Counted from the first letter of the stretch, positions 1 to 10,030 are shown. The stretch is DNA of 30,902 bases from a virus (IMGVR_UViG_3300009095_000048:1-30902), one strand, 5' to 3'. Notes: generated from the sequence alone by a model not told the origin. Made by a program: numbers and translations.

Positions 1-1
1 C

Positions 2-394
2 GACGAGATGAAGAAGCTCTTCGCCTACCTGAAGGCTCTGCGGCGCTACCACCGCTTCGGGCTAGTGTTCATCCACCACCACCGCAAGAAGGCCAACGAT
101 GCCGCCAGCCGCAAGCAGGCGAACACGCAGTCCGACATCTACGGCTCCTACCAGATCGCGGCATCGATCGACTTCGCACTCGACCTGGAAGACCGGCACG
201 ACCCCGAGCAGCTGCTCGACCTGCAGCTGCTGAAGGCGCGATTCCGCCCGATGATGCAGGACCCCTGGAAGCTGAGGAGAGACGACCACCTGTACTTCAG
301 CAGAGATGAGCTCGACGGTCTGAGAGACCAGAGACTCAGCGCGCCCCGAGAAGATGAAGGAGATGACGATGGCGAAAAGGCACTTCACATCTGA
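2..394 (+). CDS. C-terminal part of an AAA/RecA-family ATPase, probably primase-helicase (5' truncated by window edge)
   Basis: Frame is open from base 2. LVFIHHHRK followed by YGS..IAASIDFALDL resembles the hhhhHHxRK / GS motifs of AAA_25/RepA-type phage helicases. It lies directly upstream of the DNA polymerase. Confidence 0.65.
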   Translation, partial: DEMKKLFAYLKALRRYHRFGLVFIHHHRKKANDAASRKQANTQSDIYGSYQIAASIDFALDLEDRHDPEQLLDLQLLKARFRPMMQDPWKLRRDDHLYFSRDELDGLRDQRLSAPREDEGDDDGEKALHI

Positions 395-2222
395 TGACGT
401 GATTTCATACCTTTACAGGCATCCTGACCTGGAGGTGGCGATCGACACAGAGACCACCGGACTCGACGTCCACGACGGACGGTCGAAGGTGATCGGCTTC
501 AGCATCTCGTTCCGCACCGAGGAGGGCGAGCTGGTGAAGTGGTACTGGGGCGTCCGGCACAAGGCAGGCAAGGAGCAGAACATCGACGCCGCCACAGCCA
601 AGAAGCTCCGGTGGGTGCTGCAGAAGCAGCGACGACCTCTCATCTTCGCCAACTACCAGTTCGACATCATCGGTCTGCTGAACATGGGGCTGGATCTCCG
701 CGAGAACCCGTTCCACGACGTGCTGACCGTCCAGAACCTCATCAACGAGAACTGGACCATCGGACGCCGAGGGCTCGATGAGCTGGCCGTCTACACCCTG
801 TCGGACGGGCACCGAAAGCTCGCCGTCTGGCCGTGGGAGAACGAGTACCCGCTGAAGAAGGAGAAGACCTCCGGCTGGCCGAACACCACCCCTGAGATGA
901 TGTTCGACTATGCGACGACCGACACCGACCTGACCCTGCTCATTAAGGAGGAGCAGGTCAAGACCCCAGCCTGGAAGTCGCTCCCTGCCGACGTCTGGGA
1001 GACCAAGCAGAAGGTCATCCGTGTGCTCACCGAGATGCGCCGCCGAGGTATCGAAGTCGACCTGGAGCTCGCTGAGCAGCTTCGGGACGAAGGCGAGGCC
1101 CGGAAACAGGAGATCAAGGGCGAGCTGGGCCTGAACCCCAAGAGCAACAAGGACATGCAGGAGCTGCTCATCAACAGGCTGAGATTGCCCGTGCTGAAGA
1201 AGAGCGAGAAGACCGGGGCTCCGTCATTCACCAAGGCTGTGATGGCTGAGTACGAGCCGATGCTGGAGCGAATGGAGAGTCCGGTCGCATCCCTCATCAA
1301 GGAGTACCGAGGCTGGGACACTGCTGTCGGCTTGCTGCTGAACCCGTACCTGACGCTCACGAGCCCAGACGGCAGGCTCCGTACCGAGTACACCACGCAC
1401 GTCACGGCGACTGGTCGGCTGAGTTCGCGGAACCCGAACCTGCAGCAGATCTCGAAGGGGGCTGACCCGAAGCCCTGGAACGATCGCATCAAGAAGTGCT
1501 TCGTGCCGCGAGACGGCTACGTGCTGATCTCGGCGGACTACTCGCAGCTGGAGCTCCGGCTGGCTACAGCGTACAGCCAGGAGCCCGCTCTGCTGGAGAT
1601 CTTCGAGCAGGGCCGGGACATCTTCACGGAGATGACCGAGGCGATCCGGGAGCAGCTCCAGAAGACGAGCCCTAGGCTTGCTGAGAGCTGGACCCGACAG
1701 AGGACGAAGACGTTGGTCTACTCGCTGCAGTACGGCGCAGGCGACGGTCGGATCATGTCGGCGTTCGGAGTCACGAAGAAGGAAGCCCAGCTGCTGAAGT
1801 CTTCGTTCTATCGGTCGTACCCGCGATTCCGGCTCCTGGAGGAGGACATCAAGCAGAAGGTCGAGAAGACCCTCCGGGCAAGGCTCTGGACGGATCGCTA
1901 CCGCCACTTCAAGTACAAGAGCGAGAGCTACAAGGGCATGAACTCAGTCATGCAGGGCGGTGCTGCTGACATCGTCGACAGGGTGATGATCTACGTCATG
2001 GACACGCTGGACAGCGAGGACTGCAGGCTGCTGCTGCAGGTGCATGACGCCCTCGTGTTCGAGGTCCGCGAGGATCTGGCCGAAGAGTACGCTGTAAAGA
2101 TCAAGCAGGCAATGGAGAACGTCAACGGTATCTGCTCGGACGACGGCGAGGAGCTCTTCCCTGTCCGCTTCGCTGTCGAGGTCGAGAGCTGGGACGGCTC
2201 GATCAAGTACGCACATTCGTGA
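369..2222 (+). CDS. polA: Family A DNA polymerase (3'-5' exonuclease + polymerase, no 5'-3' exonuclease)
   Basis: ExoI DTETTG, TGRLSSRNPNLQQI, motif A DYSQLELR, motif B RQRTKTLVYSLQYG, motif C LQVHDAL. Start placed at ATG 369 behind GAAGGAG (ORF track start 354). Confidence 0.97.
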   Translation: MAKRHFTSDDVISYLYRHPDLEVAIDTETTGLDVHDGRSKVIGFSISFRTEEGELVKWYWGVRHKAGKEQNIDAATAKKLRWVLQKQRRPLIFANYQFDIIGLLNMGLDLRENPFHDVLTVQNLINENWTIGRRGLDELAVYTLSDGHRKLAVWPWENEYPLKKEKTSGWPNTTPEMMFDYATTDTDLTLLIKEEQVKTPAWKSLPADVWETKQKVIRVLTEMRRRGIEVDLELAEQLRDEGEARKQEIKGELGLNPKSNKDMQELLINRLRLPVLKKSEKTGAPSFTKAVMAEYEPMLERMESPVASLIKEYRGWDTAVGLLLNPYLTLTSPDGRLRTEYTTHVTATGRLSSRNPNLQQISKGADPKPWNDRIKKCFVPRDGYVLISADYSQLELRLATAYSQEPALLEIFEQGRDIFTEMTEAIREQLQKTSPRLAESWTRQRTKTLVYSLQYGAGDGRIMSAFGVTKKEAQLLKSSFYRSYPRFRLLEEDIKQKVEKTLRARLWTDRYRHFKYKSESYKGMNSVMQGGAADIVDRVMIYVMDTLDSEDCRLLLQVHDALVFEVREDLAEEYAVKIKQAMENVNGICSDDGEELFPVRFAVEVESWDGSIKYAHS

Positions 2223-2240
2223 TACACTCAGGTAACCCAA
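2220..2240 (+). promoter_or_regulatory. Putative extended -10 promoter (TGA-TACACT) followed by a GGTAACCCAA box
   Basis: TGn+TANNNT at 2220-2228 overlaps the polA stop. GGTAACCCAA at 2231-2240 recurs in other control regions. Confidence 0.4.
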
Positions 2241-2264
2241 TCCCCTAGAGAACGGAGAATCATC

Positions 2265-2657
2265 ATGGCTGTAAAGATCTACACCAACCAGAAGCCGAAG
2301 GTCGACACCTACCTCATCCCGCCAGGGGTACGGACACTGGACTACGAAGACTTCGACTGGACCGAGAGGGTCACCATCCCCAGGATCGAGCCTGAGATCC
2401 CTCGCACGGCTACCCGCATCATGCTCGGCAGCGGAGAGGTCATCTTCGTCATCGACAAAGAAGTGGAGGCCGACGAGAAGGGGTTCTCACAGCAGGTCAG
2501 TCAGCTTTTTGCAGACAGCACGGAGAGCTACGCGGAGTGGCTCGCTCAGCGGGCCGAGAGGGAAGGCGTCCCTGACGTCGCTGAGATGGAAGCGCAGTTC
2601 CTGCACTCAAGACAGTGCTACGTGTACACCTGGAAGTGGTGGGAGGTGTCCTGGTGA
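2265..2657 (+). CDS. Hypothetical phage protein (130 aa)
   Basis: GGAG RBS, phage-like codon usage, GTGA overlap with the next gene. Confidence 0.8.
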   Translation: MAVKIYTNQKPKVDTYLIPPGVRTLDYEDFDWTERVTIPRIEPEIPRTATRIMLGSGEVIFVIDKEVEADEKGFSQQVSQLFADSTESYAEWLAQRAEREGVPDVAEMEAQFLHSRQCYVYTWKWWEVSW

Positions 2658-3112
2658 CCCTGCTCGCGATCGACGGCGGTGACAAGAACGTCGGCTACGC
2701 ACTCTTCACCGACGAGGGAGAGGAGATCGAGCGAGGCGTCATCACGTTCGAGAACTTCGAGGAGTGGTTCTGGCTCGGTCTCGACAGGGAGCTGATGTTC
2801 TCGCCGCCGCTCGACGGCCCGATCCATGAGATCACGCAGCTCGTCGTCGAGGGTTACCGGCACGACCCTGGCGTGAAGCAGGGCGGCTCCATCCACGGAG
2901 CCTCGCAGATCGAGGGCGCTGTAAAGATTCTCGGGGCCGTGACCGGCATCCCTGTAACAGTGCAGTACGCAGGCCAAGCCCTCCCTGTCGCCAAGCAGAT
3001 CACCGGTTACACCGGAGACCTCACGAAAACAGGGAACAAGAAGCACCTCCCGGACCAGGACTCGGCCTGGCTGCACGGCATCTACTGGCTGCACTGCAAC
3101 GAGATCATCTGA
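2654..3112 (+). CDS. RuvC/YqgF-like (RNase H fold) Holliday junction resolvase
   Basis: N-terminal LLAIDGGDKNVGYA, central LVVEG and C-terminal DQDSA give the acidic pattern of RuvC-type resolvases. GTG 2654 follows GGAGG. It sits in the replication module. Confidence 0.8.
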   Translation: MTLLAIDGGDKNVGYALFTDEGEEIERGVITFENFEEWFWLGLDRELMFSPPLDGPIHEITQLVVEGYRHDPGVKQGGSIHGASQIEGAVKILGAVTGIPVTVQYAGQALPVAKQITGYTGDLTKTGNKKHLPDQDSAWLHGIYWLHCNEII

Positions 3113-3118
3113 TACGCT

Positions 3119-3205
3119 ATCCCCAAGAGATTCTCCGATCTCTTGGGGGTGAGAAGCCCCCGCCAGGTCCGTCATACGGCACCTCGGGCGGGGGCTTCTT
3201 CTTTG
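3119..3205. terminator. Tandem hairpins / bidirectional intrinsic terminator between convergent operons
   Basis: Stem CCCCAAGAGA/TCTCTTGGGG (3121-3148) and stem AGAAGCCCCCGCC/GGCGGGGGCTTCT (3152-3199) followed by TCTTT, between convergent stops at 3112 and 3232. Confidence 0.8.
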
Positions 3206-3231
3206 TCTCGACTCTCCTCAGAGCGGACGAC

Positions 3232-3873
3232 CTATCCGTGCCACTCCCAGTGCCACGGCTCAAACTGCTTGAAGTTCTTCCCGGTCCATTTGAAGCCCCA
3301 CCGACCGGCGTTGGCCTGGAGCCAGCGGTGCTCGCGAGATCCCGCGTTCTGAATCGCACCGCCGAAGTCGATTGCACGACCGCTCTCATGGAGACTGTGG
3401 CCGGGAGGTGCGGCGAGGTTGCCCTTCCCTGCCTTGTACAGGTTGTAGAGACGCTGCTGCTCGGCTCGGGTGCGCCCGCCTGAGTTGACCTTCAGGCTAT
3501 AGCCGAACTGCTTCTGGAACGCCGCATTCATTGCCTGGAGAGCTCTGTCGGCCCCGGCAACGAGGTTGTACCGGCCCACCAACGGGCCGCCAGCGCCCCC
3601 GCCGCCAGATCGGCCCCCGCCATAGCTGGAGGAGATTTTAGGCTGCTGACGGGCCTGCTGTGCCCGCAGAGCGGATAGGAACATGCTGTGCTGGCGAGAT
3701 GCTCGATCTGAGATGTCGCTGAAGCCCTTCATGTCCGCCGACTCGTTCGGAAGAGAGATCTGCGCGGCCACCGGACGAACACGCTGGTTGGCCCCTGCAG
3801 GTGCTGTAAAGCGCGACAGCTGCTGATTCTGGAACCCACCGACAGAGGCGAGAGGGTTGACGAAGTTTGCCAT
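3232..3873 (-). CDS. Probable virion-associated peptidoglycan peptidase (M15/VanY-like domain with low-complexity N-terminus)
   Basis: SLHESGRAID and EPWH zinc-peptidase motifs. It is the last gene of the internal-virion cluster and is coupled by TGATG to the 1646 aa gene. Confidence 0.8.
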   Translation of the reverse strand: MANFVNPLASVGGFQNQQLSRFTAPAGANQRVRPVAAQISLPNESADMKGFSDISDRASRQHSMFLSALRAQQARQQPKISSSYGGGRSGGGGAGGPLVGRYNLVAGADRALQAMNAAFQKQFGYSLKVNSGGRTRAEQQRLYNLYKAGKGNLAAPPGHSLHESGRAIDFGGAIQNAGSREHRWLQANAGRWGFKWTGKNFKQFEPWHWEWHG

Positions 3874-6800
3874 CAGAATCCATTCCCCTTCTTCTCAGAG
3901 CCTGCCCGGTTCCTCTTCTCGATCTCAGCGTAGTTGATGAAGTTCGGACGGCTCCAGTTCTGGGCGTTGAGGCCCAGGAGCCAGTTGACGACGGACAGAC
4001 CCTGATCGAACTCCGTCTTGTTACCCTTCGCTACCTGAGCCTGCGGATCGAGCCCCTGCCCCTGCAGCACCGAGACGGCGCTTCCGGTGATGCTCTGGCC
4101 GGTGATGTTCGCGAGGTAGTTCACGATCGGCAGGTTCTGGTCGAGGTAGTCGCTCGTGTCATTGATCGGGATGCCGCCGACCTTGCTGCCGGTGGCGAGC
4201 TCAGCAGGCACGCGGATCAGCGGGGACGTCATGCCGAGCACGCCCTGGATCGGGTCCGGGGAGAAGATCTGGCTCAGCATGTCGAACTGAGGCGCGCCAG
4301 GGTTGATGTTGATGTAGTTGCCGTCGATCTGCAGTTGAGGCCCGAACGCACCGTCTGTGACGAAGCTCGGGAAGAGCTGATCCTCCGGGAACGGGTCCGA
4401 CAGGCTGTTGGGGTTGATCCCCATCGACTCAGCCAGCGCATAGGACGCCTTCGGGAGGGCCATGAACCGCCCAGGGTTGCGAGCAGCCGACTCCATAGCG
4501 AACGGCAGGGTCTTTGCGAACCATGTGTAGAACGGGACCAGGAAGCGCCACTTCGCCTCTGTCGGGGTCAGCATCAGGCTGTCGGGGTGAGCCCGCTTCA
4601 CCTCGTTCACGGCACGCTTTACGAGCTCGCTCTTCGAGAGCTTGCCCCAGCGACCGTGCTGAGCCGACTCCTGCTTGAGGATCTGGATGAAGTGCTGCAG
4701 CTTGCCGTGGTGGTCGACGAAGTGCGACACGCCACCGGCAATGCGACCGGCACGGCTGTTCGCGATGTCAGCACCGATCTGGCCGATACGACCGCTGGCC
4801 GACTCCAGCATGAGGTCCTCTGTCGTGGCATAAGAGCTCAGTAGGCCGTGGTCCTGAGCCAGCTTCGAGACCTCATCTGCTGTAAAGGAGTGACGCCCCT
4901 TGACGATGACCTCGCTCGACTTGGGCATCCGCTCACCGATCGCAGTCAGGGATTCGAGAAGGTCGACGCCGTGGTAGTTGTTCTTCATGCCCATCACCCG
5001 GAGAGCGTCCTTGTAGCTCGACAGGTAGTGAGCGTTGCCGCGAGCGATCCAGCTCATGAAGACGTTGCCGAGGTGGTTCCGGACGTGGTGCCCTGCCCGG
5101 AACACGGTGACGAGCTGCTTCCAGATGTTCTGGGTAGGGATGAATGTCTTCTGGAAGAAGTCACCGAGCTCACCCTGGAACTTACGGTCGGTGCGCACCA
5201 TCGCATCGAGGACGTGCAGCTCCTTAGCGACCTCCTTCTGCATGTAGACACCGTCAGGAATGAGGCTCGCGAACGTGGAGCCCCCGCTGTCGGAGACCTT
5301 GACCATTCCAGCCTTGTACTCGCGGCTTACGAGTCCTGCCTTACCCATTTCGTGAAGGAAGTTGCCGACGACAGAGCGGTGCTCTGCGGCGGTCACGAAA
5401 GCATCCGTGATCCTGTAAAGGTCGGTGATCGGGTCTGCGATGTCCCAGTTTCGCCACTGCCCGACAAGGTCGGAGATGTTGTCGAAGTCGTCGCTGAGCT
5501 GGAAGGACGTCTCCTTGCCTGCCTTCTGGCGAAGGATCGCGTTGATGTGCTCGATGTTCGGCTCTGTACGCATCAGCGGGCTGTTCATCAAGCTCTTGGC
5601 AGCAGGATCGAGATCGAAGGTCTTCGACAGCACGGACTGGATGAGATCGGCAGCTGCCGTTACCTCAGCGTTACTGTTCGCCACGCCGCTCTTTACAGCA
5701 GCCATTGCAGCGGTCAGCTGATCCGGAGTGAACTTCTTCATCTGCCGGAGGGTGTCGACGGTCTCCGACAGGATCTGCCCCGACACGGTGCGCTTGGCGT
5801 GGTAGACGCCGTAGAGGTTCTTCATGCCGAAGGACTGATCGAACGTCTTAGAGAGGCCGAAAGCAGCCCCTGCCACGAACCCCTGCTGTGCGGCGTACTC
5901 TTTCACGCCGTAGAGCGGGTCCATGCTCGCGAGATCGTAGAGCTCGATCTCCTGCTCAGCAGCCTTCACCTGAGCAGAGGCGGACTGCTCGCCCTCCTCC
6001 AGGACCTTGACGGGCTCGAAGTCAAGATCGTCGGCCTGCTTGCCGTAGGACTCAGCCTGCTTCGTGGAGTTCTCTGCCACGATCGTCTTGCGCATCTTCG
6101 GGTTGTCAGAGACGGCAGCCATCGACCGGCTGAAGTAGGCAGCTCGCTGCACCTCGAAGCCGCCGACAGCCTGCTTCACAAGCTCCTCGGCTCCCAGCAC
6201 CGAGCTCGGGAATGCGCCGATGTCGGCAGCGTTCTCCTGGAGGTTGGCTCGGAGCTTCGCGAGGGCCTCCACCTGCTCGTCCATCGTGCCAGCGTCGAGC
6301 ACACGACGGATGCGTTCCAGCTGATCCGTCGTGAGGCTCTTGGTCTCCTTCAGACCGCGTGCCGCGTAGGCGGCGCTGTTCTCGGCAGCGCGAGCCGCAA
6401 AGGCATCAGCGCCCTTGACGATCGCCTCTGTCAGAGGGTCCAGGAGACCCTTCGGGCCGGTCGTCACGTAGTAGCCCTTGCTGCTCTTCGTGACCTTCGC
6501 TCCGGGGATGCTTGCGGCCATTGCGTCTGCCGCCTTCTTGGCGTTGGGCAGGAAGAAGGCAGCCTTGCCGGACTTGATCGCGTTGTTCGGAAGGTTCTTG
6601 TCGAGCACCTGTCCTCGGTAGCCAGTGAGCTTCTTGTTCTGCAGGATCTCCCGGACACCGGCCAGCGCCTCGTCTCCGCGTGCACCGGATGTGACAACCC
6701 AGTGAGCGGCCTCCATGAGTCGCGACGGAGCCACGGAGGTGCCGCCGTTGAACAGCGCGGCCAGAGCGGCATTCGAGCTCTCGAAGCTCTTCTCGGTGAT

Positions 6801-8813
6801 GTCGACGATGTCCCGGTAGGTCAGCGACAGGAACTCCTGCCCCTGTCGTCCGACGTGCATCTTGATGCCGAGACCGTCCAGGGAGCGCGAGAGGGCATCC
6901 CAGTTCTCGTAGAACGCCTGGCGGAACGCCTGAGTGCGCTGCAGACCCGCGAGCTCCTTGAGGGGGCGTCCGGTAACGTCCTCCATACGCTTCGAGATGG
7001 CCGCAAAGAGCCGCTTGTTCAGGTCATACTGGAACATCGTGTTCAGCTGGCGGACACGGCGACCGAGACGGGCCTCCTTATCGGCCTCCGTGAAAGCAAC
7101 CTGGCCCTCGCGGTGCGTGTACTTCTGCTTGAAGCCTTCTCCGACAGGGAGCTCGTCCCCGAACACCCTCACGAGCACCTCGTCAGCGGGGCGCTGAGCG
7201 GCATTCACCGCTTCAATCACCTGAGCCGCCTCATCGGCAGATCCGGCCTCGGCTCGGACGTACTTCGGCAGCCCGAGGGATGCTGTAAAGGCGTCACGGG
7301 TCTGAGCCCCTACGCGATCGAACACGGAGAGGTCTGCAGCGGGGTCAGCCAGTCGACCGAGATCCCGGACGATCTTCTCGAACGCCTTCGCCCCGGCCTT
7401 GCCGTCAGCCTTCGACTCCAGGAAGCCGTACAGCTCGTTGCCGAGGCCCGCCCGGACGGCGTCTTCCTGGCGAGCACGGCGCATGTTGAACGCTGTCAGT
7501 GCGTCCGTGACGTCCGACTTCATAGCAGCCTGAGAAGCGGCATAGAAGCGCTTGACCAGATTCGCTGCCTCTGCACGGATCTCTCGGGGGAACTGCTCTC
7601 CGCCCGCGATGCGTGCCAGACGTCCCACAGACCCCACAGGCAGGTTACGGAGGACCTGAGCCTGGCCGGTCAGAAGGTTGCCGAGAGCGGCAGACGGCTG
7701 CACGGTCTCGTCGAAGAGGTTGAGCTTCGCGTTCTCGCGGACCCAGTCGTTGATCGGCTTGGGCTCGACAGGAGCGGCATCCCCGACCATCTTCATGATG
7801 TTGTCGAGCTCAGCGCGGATGCCGTCAGCGGCAGGACCGGCGTTCGCCTGGCGGAACATCTCGGTGAAGGTACGATCAGCGGGCTTGGTCACGCGACCGA
7901 CAGGGGCGTTGTAGCGCTCGAACAGCTTCGTCAGTGCCCTCTCGGCATCCGGAATCGTCTTGGAGAGGAACGTGCCGCTGGCGACGTCGCCGGACAGAGA
8001 CTTCGAGCTCTTGGCGAGCTTGCTGTTGTAGTCGAGAAGAGCACGCTGAACCTCGGGGATGTTCGACTCAGACGCCCACTTCAGCACGGAGCCAGGAGTC
8101 GCTTCCGGGACAGCCACCTCTGTGCGCACGGGCCGAGGAACAGAGTCGGGGGCAGATGGAGCGCCCTCTTCGGCGGCACGGGCAGCGGGGACTGCTTCGT
8201 CGCCCTGACGAGCGACCGCCTCTGCGACGTTCCCGCCCTTCTGGGTACGGACGAGATCCTCAGCGCCCTTTACAGCAGACTTTCCTACGCTGGCAGCCTT
8301 CGACCCCAGCTTCGCGATCGCTGCGCCAGGGACATACGTCAGGGGGTCCAGAGCCACGTCACCGACAAAGCCGAGAACGCCCTTCAGGACGGGGTCGACA
8401 TTGTTCTCGACGTCCTCGTAGTTCGGGTCGTTGATCTTGCCGTGACGGTCGGTCTGCTGCTCCATGACCTTGCTGAAGGTGCGCTTGGCCTCTTCGCCGC
8501 CTGTGCCGAAGAACCCGGTCAGGAAGTTCGTAGGGAGGGCAGCCACTCCTCCGACAGCAGGGAGCGGATTGCCGCTCTCACGGGAATCTGCGATGCCCTC
8601 TGAGACGCCGGTCACCGCGTTCGTCACGCCGTAGAGCGGACGGCTCAGCAGATCGATGATCGTGTCGAGAACTCCGTAGGGCTTCGCCTCGTCTACCTTC
8701 TTTGCAAACCCAGAGAGCCCGGAGAAGTCGTACTTGGGCAGAGCAGATGGCCGCTGCTGGGGGGACTGGGAGGCAGCGGCCATCTGGTTGTAGTAGTCAG
8801 AGAAGGTAGCCAC
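3873..8813 (-). CDS. Large internal virion / DNA ejection protein (1646 aa)
   Basis: Very long Ala/Gly-rich helical ORF downstream of the nozzle gene, the position of podovirus ejectosome proteins. No catalytic motif recognised. Confidence 0.6.
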   Translation of the reverse strand: MATFSDYYNQMAAASQSPQQRPSALPKYDFSGLSGFAKKVDEAKPYGVLDTIIDLLSRPLYGVTNAVTGVSEGIADSRESGNPLPAVGGVAALPTNFLTGFFGTGGEEAKRTFSKVMEQQTDRHGKINDPNYEDVENNVDPVLKGVLGFVGDVALDPLTYVPGAAIAKLGSKAASVGKSAVKGAEDLVRTQKGGNVAEAVARQGDEAVPAARAAEEGAPSAPDSVPRPVRTEVAVPEATPGSVLKWASESNIPEVQRALLDYNSKLAKSSKSLSGDVASGTFLSKTIPDAERALTKLFERYNAPVGRVTKPADRTFTEMFRQANAGPAADGIRAELDNIMKMVGDAAPVEPKPINDWVRENAKLNLFDETVQPSAALGNLLTGQAQVLRNLPVGSVGRLARIAGGEQFPREIRAEAANLVKRFYAASQAAMKSDVTDALTAFNMRRARQEDAVRAGLGNELYGFLESKADGKAGAKAFEKIVRDLGRLADPAADLSVFDRVGAQTRDAFTASLGLPKYVRAEAGSADEAAQVIEAVNAAQRPADEVLVRVFGDELPVGEGFKQKYTHREGQVAFTEADKEARLGRRVRQLNTMFQYDLNKRLFAAISKRMEDVTGRPLKELAGLQRTQAFRQAFYENWDALSRSLDGLGIKMHVGRQGQEFLSLTYRDIVDITEKSFESSNAALAALFNGGTSVAPSRLMEAAHWVVTSGARGDEALAGVREILQNKKLTGYRGQVLDKNLPNNAIKSGKAAFFLPNAKKAADAMAASIPGAKVTKSSKGYYVTTGPKGLLDPLTEAIVKGADAFAARAAENSAAYAARGLKETKSLTTDQLERIRRVLDAGTMDEQVEALAKLRANLQENAADIGAFPSSVLGAEELVKQAVGGFEVQRAAYFSRSMAAVSDNPKMRKTIVAENSTKQAESYGKQADDLDFEPVKVLEEGEQSASAQVKAAEQEIELYDLASMDPLYGVKEYAAQQGFVAGAAFGLSKTFDQSFGMKNLYGVYHAKRTVSGQILSETVDTLRQMKKFTPDQLTAAMAAVKSGVANSNAEVTAAADLIQSVLSKTFDLDPAAKSLMNSPLMRTEPNIEHINAILRQKAGKETSFQLSDDFDNISDLVGQWRNWDIADPITDLYRITDAFVTAAEHRSVVGNFLHEMGKAGLVSREYKAGMVKVSDSGGSTFASLIPDGVYMQKEVAKELHVLDAMVRTDRKFQGELGDFFQKTFIPTQNIWKQLVTVFRAGHHVRNHLGNVFMSWIARGNAHYLSSYKDALRVMGMKNNYHGVDLLESLTAIGERMPKSSEVIVKGRHSFTADEVSKLAQDHGLLSSYATTEDLMLESASGRIGQIGADIANSRAGRIAGGVSHFVDHHGKLQHFIQILKQESAQHGRWGKLSKSELVKRAVNEVKRAHPDSLMLTPTEAKWRFLVPFYTWFAKTLPFAMESAARNPGRFMALPKASYALAESMGINPNSLSDPFPEDQLFPSFVTDGAFGPQLQIDGNYININPGAPQFDMLSQIFSPDPIQGVLGMTSPLIRVPAELATGSKVGGIPINDTSDYLDQNLPIVNYLANITGQSITGSAVSVLQGQGLDPQAQVAKGNKTEFDQGLSVVNWLLGLNAQNWSRPNFINYAEIEKRNRAGSEKKGNGF

Positions 8814-8830
8814 AAAGGTAATCCTACCGG

Positions 8831-10030
8831 CTAGTTGGCGAGCTTACCGATGGAGGCTGCAGGTCCGAGGATCTTCAGGATCTGATCGATGTCGAGGTCC
8901 TGGAACTCCGGGCTCTGCATGAGCTGACTGATGAAGTTCAAGCTGTACTGCATCGGATCAGTCCGACCAGGCTGATTCTGAGCCAGCTGCTGCTCGTAGA
9001 GCCACTTCGAGATGTCGTCGTTGTAGCCCTGCTTGCGCCAGGCATCGTCGTACAGCAAGTTTGCAAGGCCCATCGACTGAGCAAACGACTGCTGCTGAGC
9101 CTGTCGGTTCGCTTCCTGCTCCTGCATGTCGTACTGAGCCAGGAGGTTCGCGAGCTCGGACTGAACGCGGGCTCGCTGAAGGTTGCCCTCCAGGCCAGCT
9201 GCTCCGGCGATGCCGGTGCTGTAGTCGACAGAGGACTGCTGGTTGCGCTGCAGCGCATCACCTGTGATCTGGCCGCGAGCAGCCGCATCAGCGACGTTCC
9301 TTGCCGTCTGCGTGCTCAGGTCTCGGCCCTGCCGCACGATGTTGCCCTGAGCCTCCTCGATTCCGAGGTTGCGAAGGACTTCGGCGTTGCGGTCAGCGGC
9401 GACGTCTGATGCCATCTGAATGTTCCGCTGCGTGTCAGCAGAGCGCTCAGCAGACTGGTCGATCGCACCCTGGTATCGGGTGCCTGCCTCCTTGGCATCG
9501 TTTCGCAGAGACTGGGCCAGCTGGTTGTACATCGCCTCCAGGCGGGCATCGTACTCAGCGCCCCTCTGTCGGGCGTCGTTACGGAGCGGGTCGTAGCTGA
9601 CTCTGCCAACGCCGCCGACCTGGTTCATGGCCTGACGGAGGAAGCTCATGAAATCGGGCAGCTCAGTGTTGCCGAGCGGCGGCACGCGGTTGTTGCCGCC
9701 CTGATTGAGGACGTTGCGATCGACGGAGGGGGGCTTCGGCTGGGCCTTGGCCTGAGGGCCGCTGCCGTAGCGGTAGTCGCCTAGACCGCCGCCGAGAGGG
9801 CGCTGGTTCCCGAGGATCTCGCTGTCCCAGAAGTTGCTGAGGTTCCGGCTCGTGTCGGCGGCGAAGTTGAACAGCTGGCCGAGGATTCCGGTCTTGTACG
9901 GGGTCTGCGCGTAGGTGCGTCCGCCGCCGAAGCCGGACATATCCCAGATGCTATTACCGGGACCCTTCGCCAGCTGGGACTTCTTGTTCTCCAGGTGGTC
10001 AGGGATGCCGTTGCGGTTCTTGTCGGCCAT
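8831..10030 (-). CDS. Putative internal virion protein (399 aa, Gln/Ala-rich coiled coil)
   Basis: Start moved to ATG 10030 (MADKNRNG; GGAG RBS, just after the upstream stop at 10032). Function inferred from synteny. Confidence 0.6.
   Translation of the reverse strand: MADKNRNGIPDHLENKKSQLAKGPGNSIWDMSGFGGGRTYAQTPYKTGILGQLFNFAADTSRNLSNFWDSEILGNQRPLGGGLGDYRYGSGPQAKAQPKPPSVDRNVLNQGGNNRVPPLGNTELPDFMSFLRQAMNQVGGVGRVSYDPLRNDARQRGAEYDARLEAMYNQLAQSLRNDAKEAGTRYQGAIDQSAERSADTQRNIQMASDVAADRNAEVLRNLGIEEAQGNIVRQGRDLSTQTARNVADAAARGQITGDALQRNQQSSVDYSTGIAGAAGLEGNLQRARVQSELANLLAQYDMQEQEANRQAQQQSFAQSMGLANLLYDDAWRKQGYNDDISKWLYEQQLAQNQPGRTDPMQYSLNFISQLMQSPEFQDLDIDQILKILGPAASIGKLAN

Noticed and set aside
3232-3560. 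vanY-type glycopeptide resistance gene
   Set aside because: The M15 domain lies in a virion operon and resembles the phage's own endolysin. No van cluster is present.
4848-8603. 1251 aa + strand ORF, and other long antisense ORFs (15240-17465, 18705-20006, 20857-22512)
   Set aside because: These are antisense shadows of real minus-strand genes. High GC3 bias depletes stop codons on the opposite strand, and the translations show no motifs or RBS.
3873-8813. Tape measure protein or virion RNA polymerase
   Set aside because: There are no adjacent tail tube or frameshift chaperone genes and no recognisable RNAP catalytic motifs. The context is adaptor-nozzle-internal proteins.
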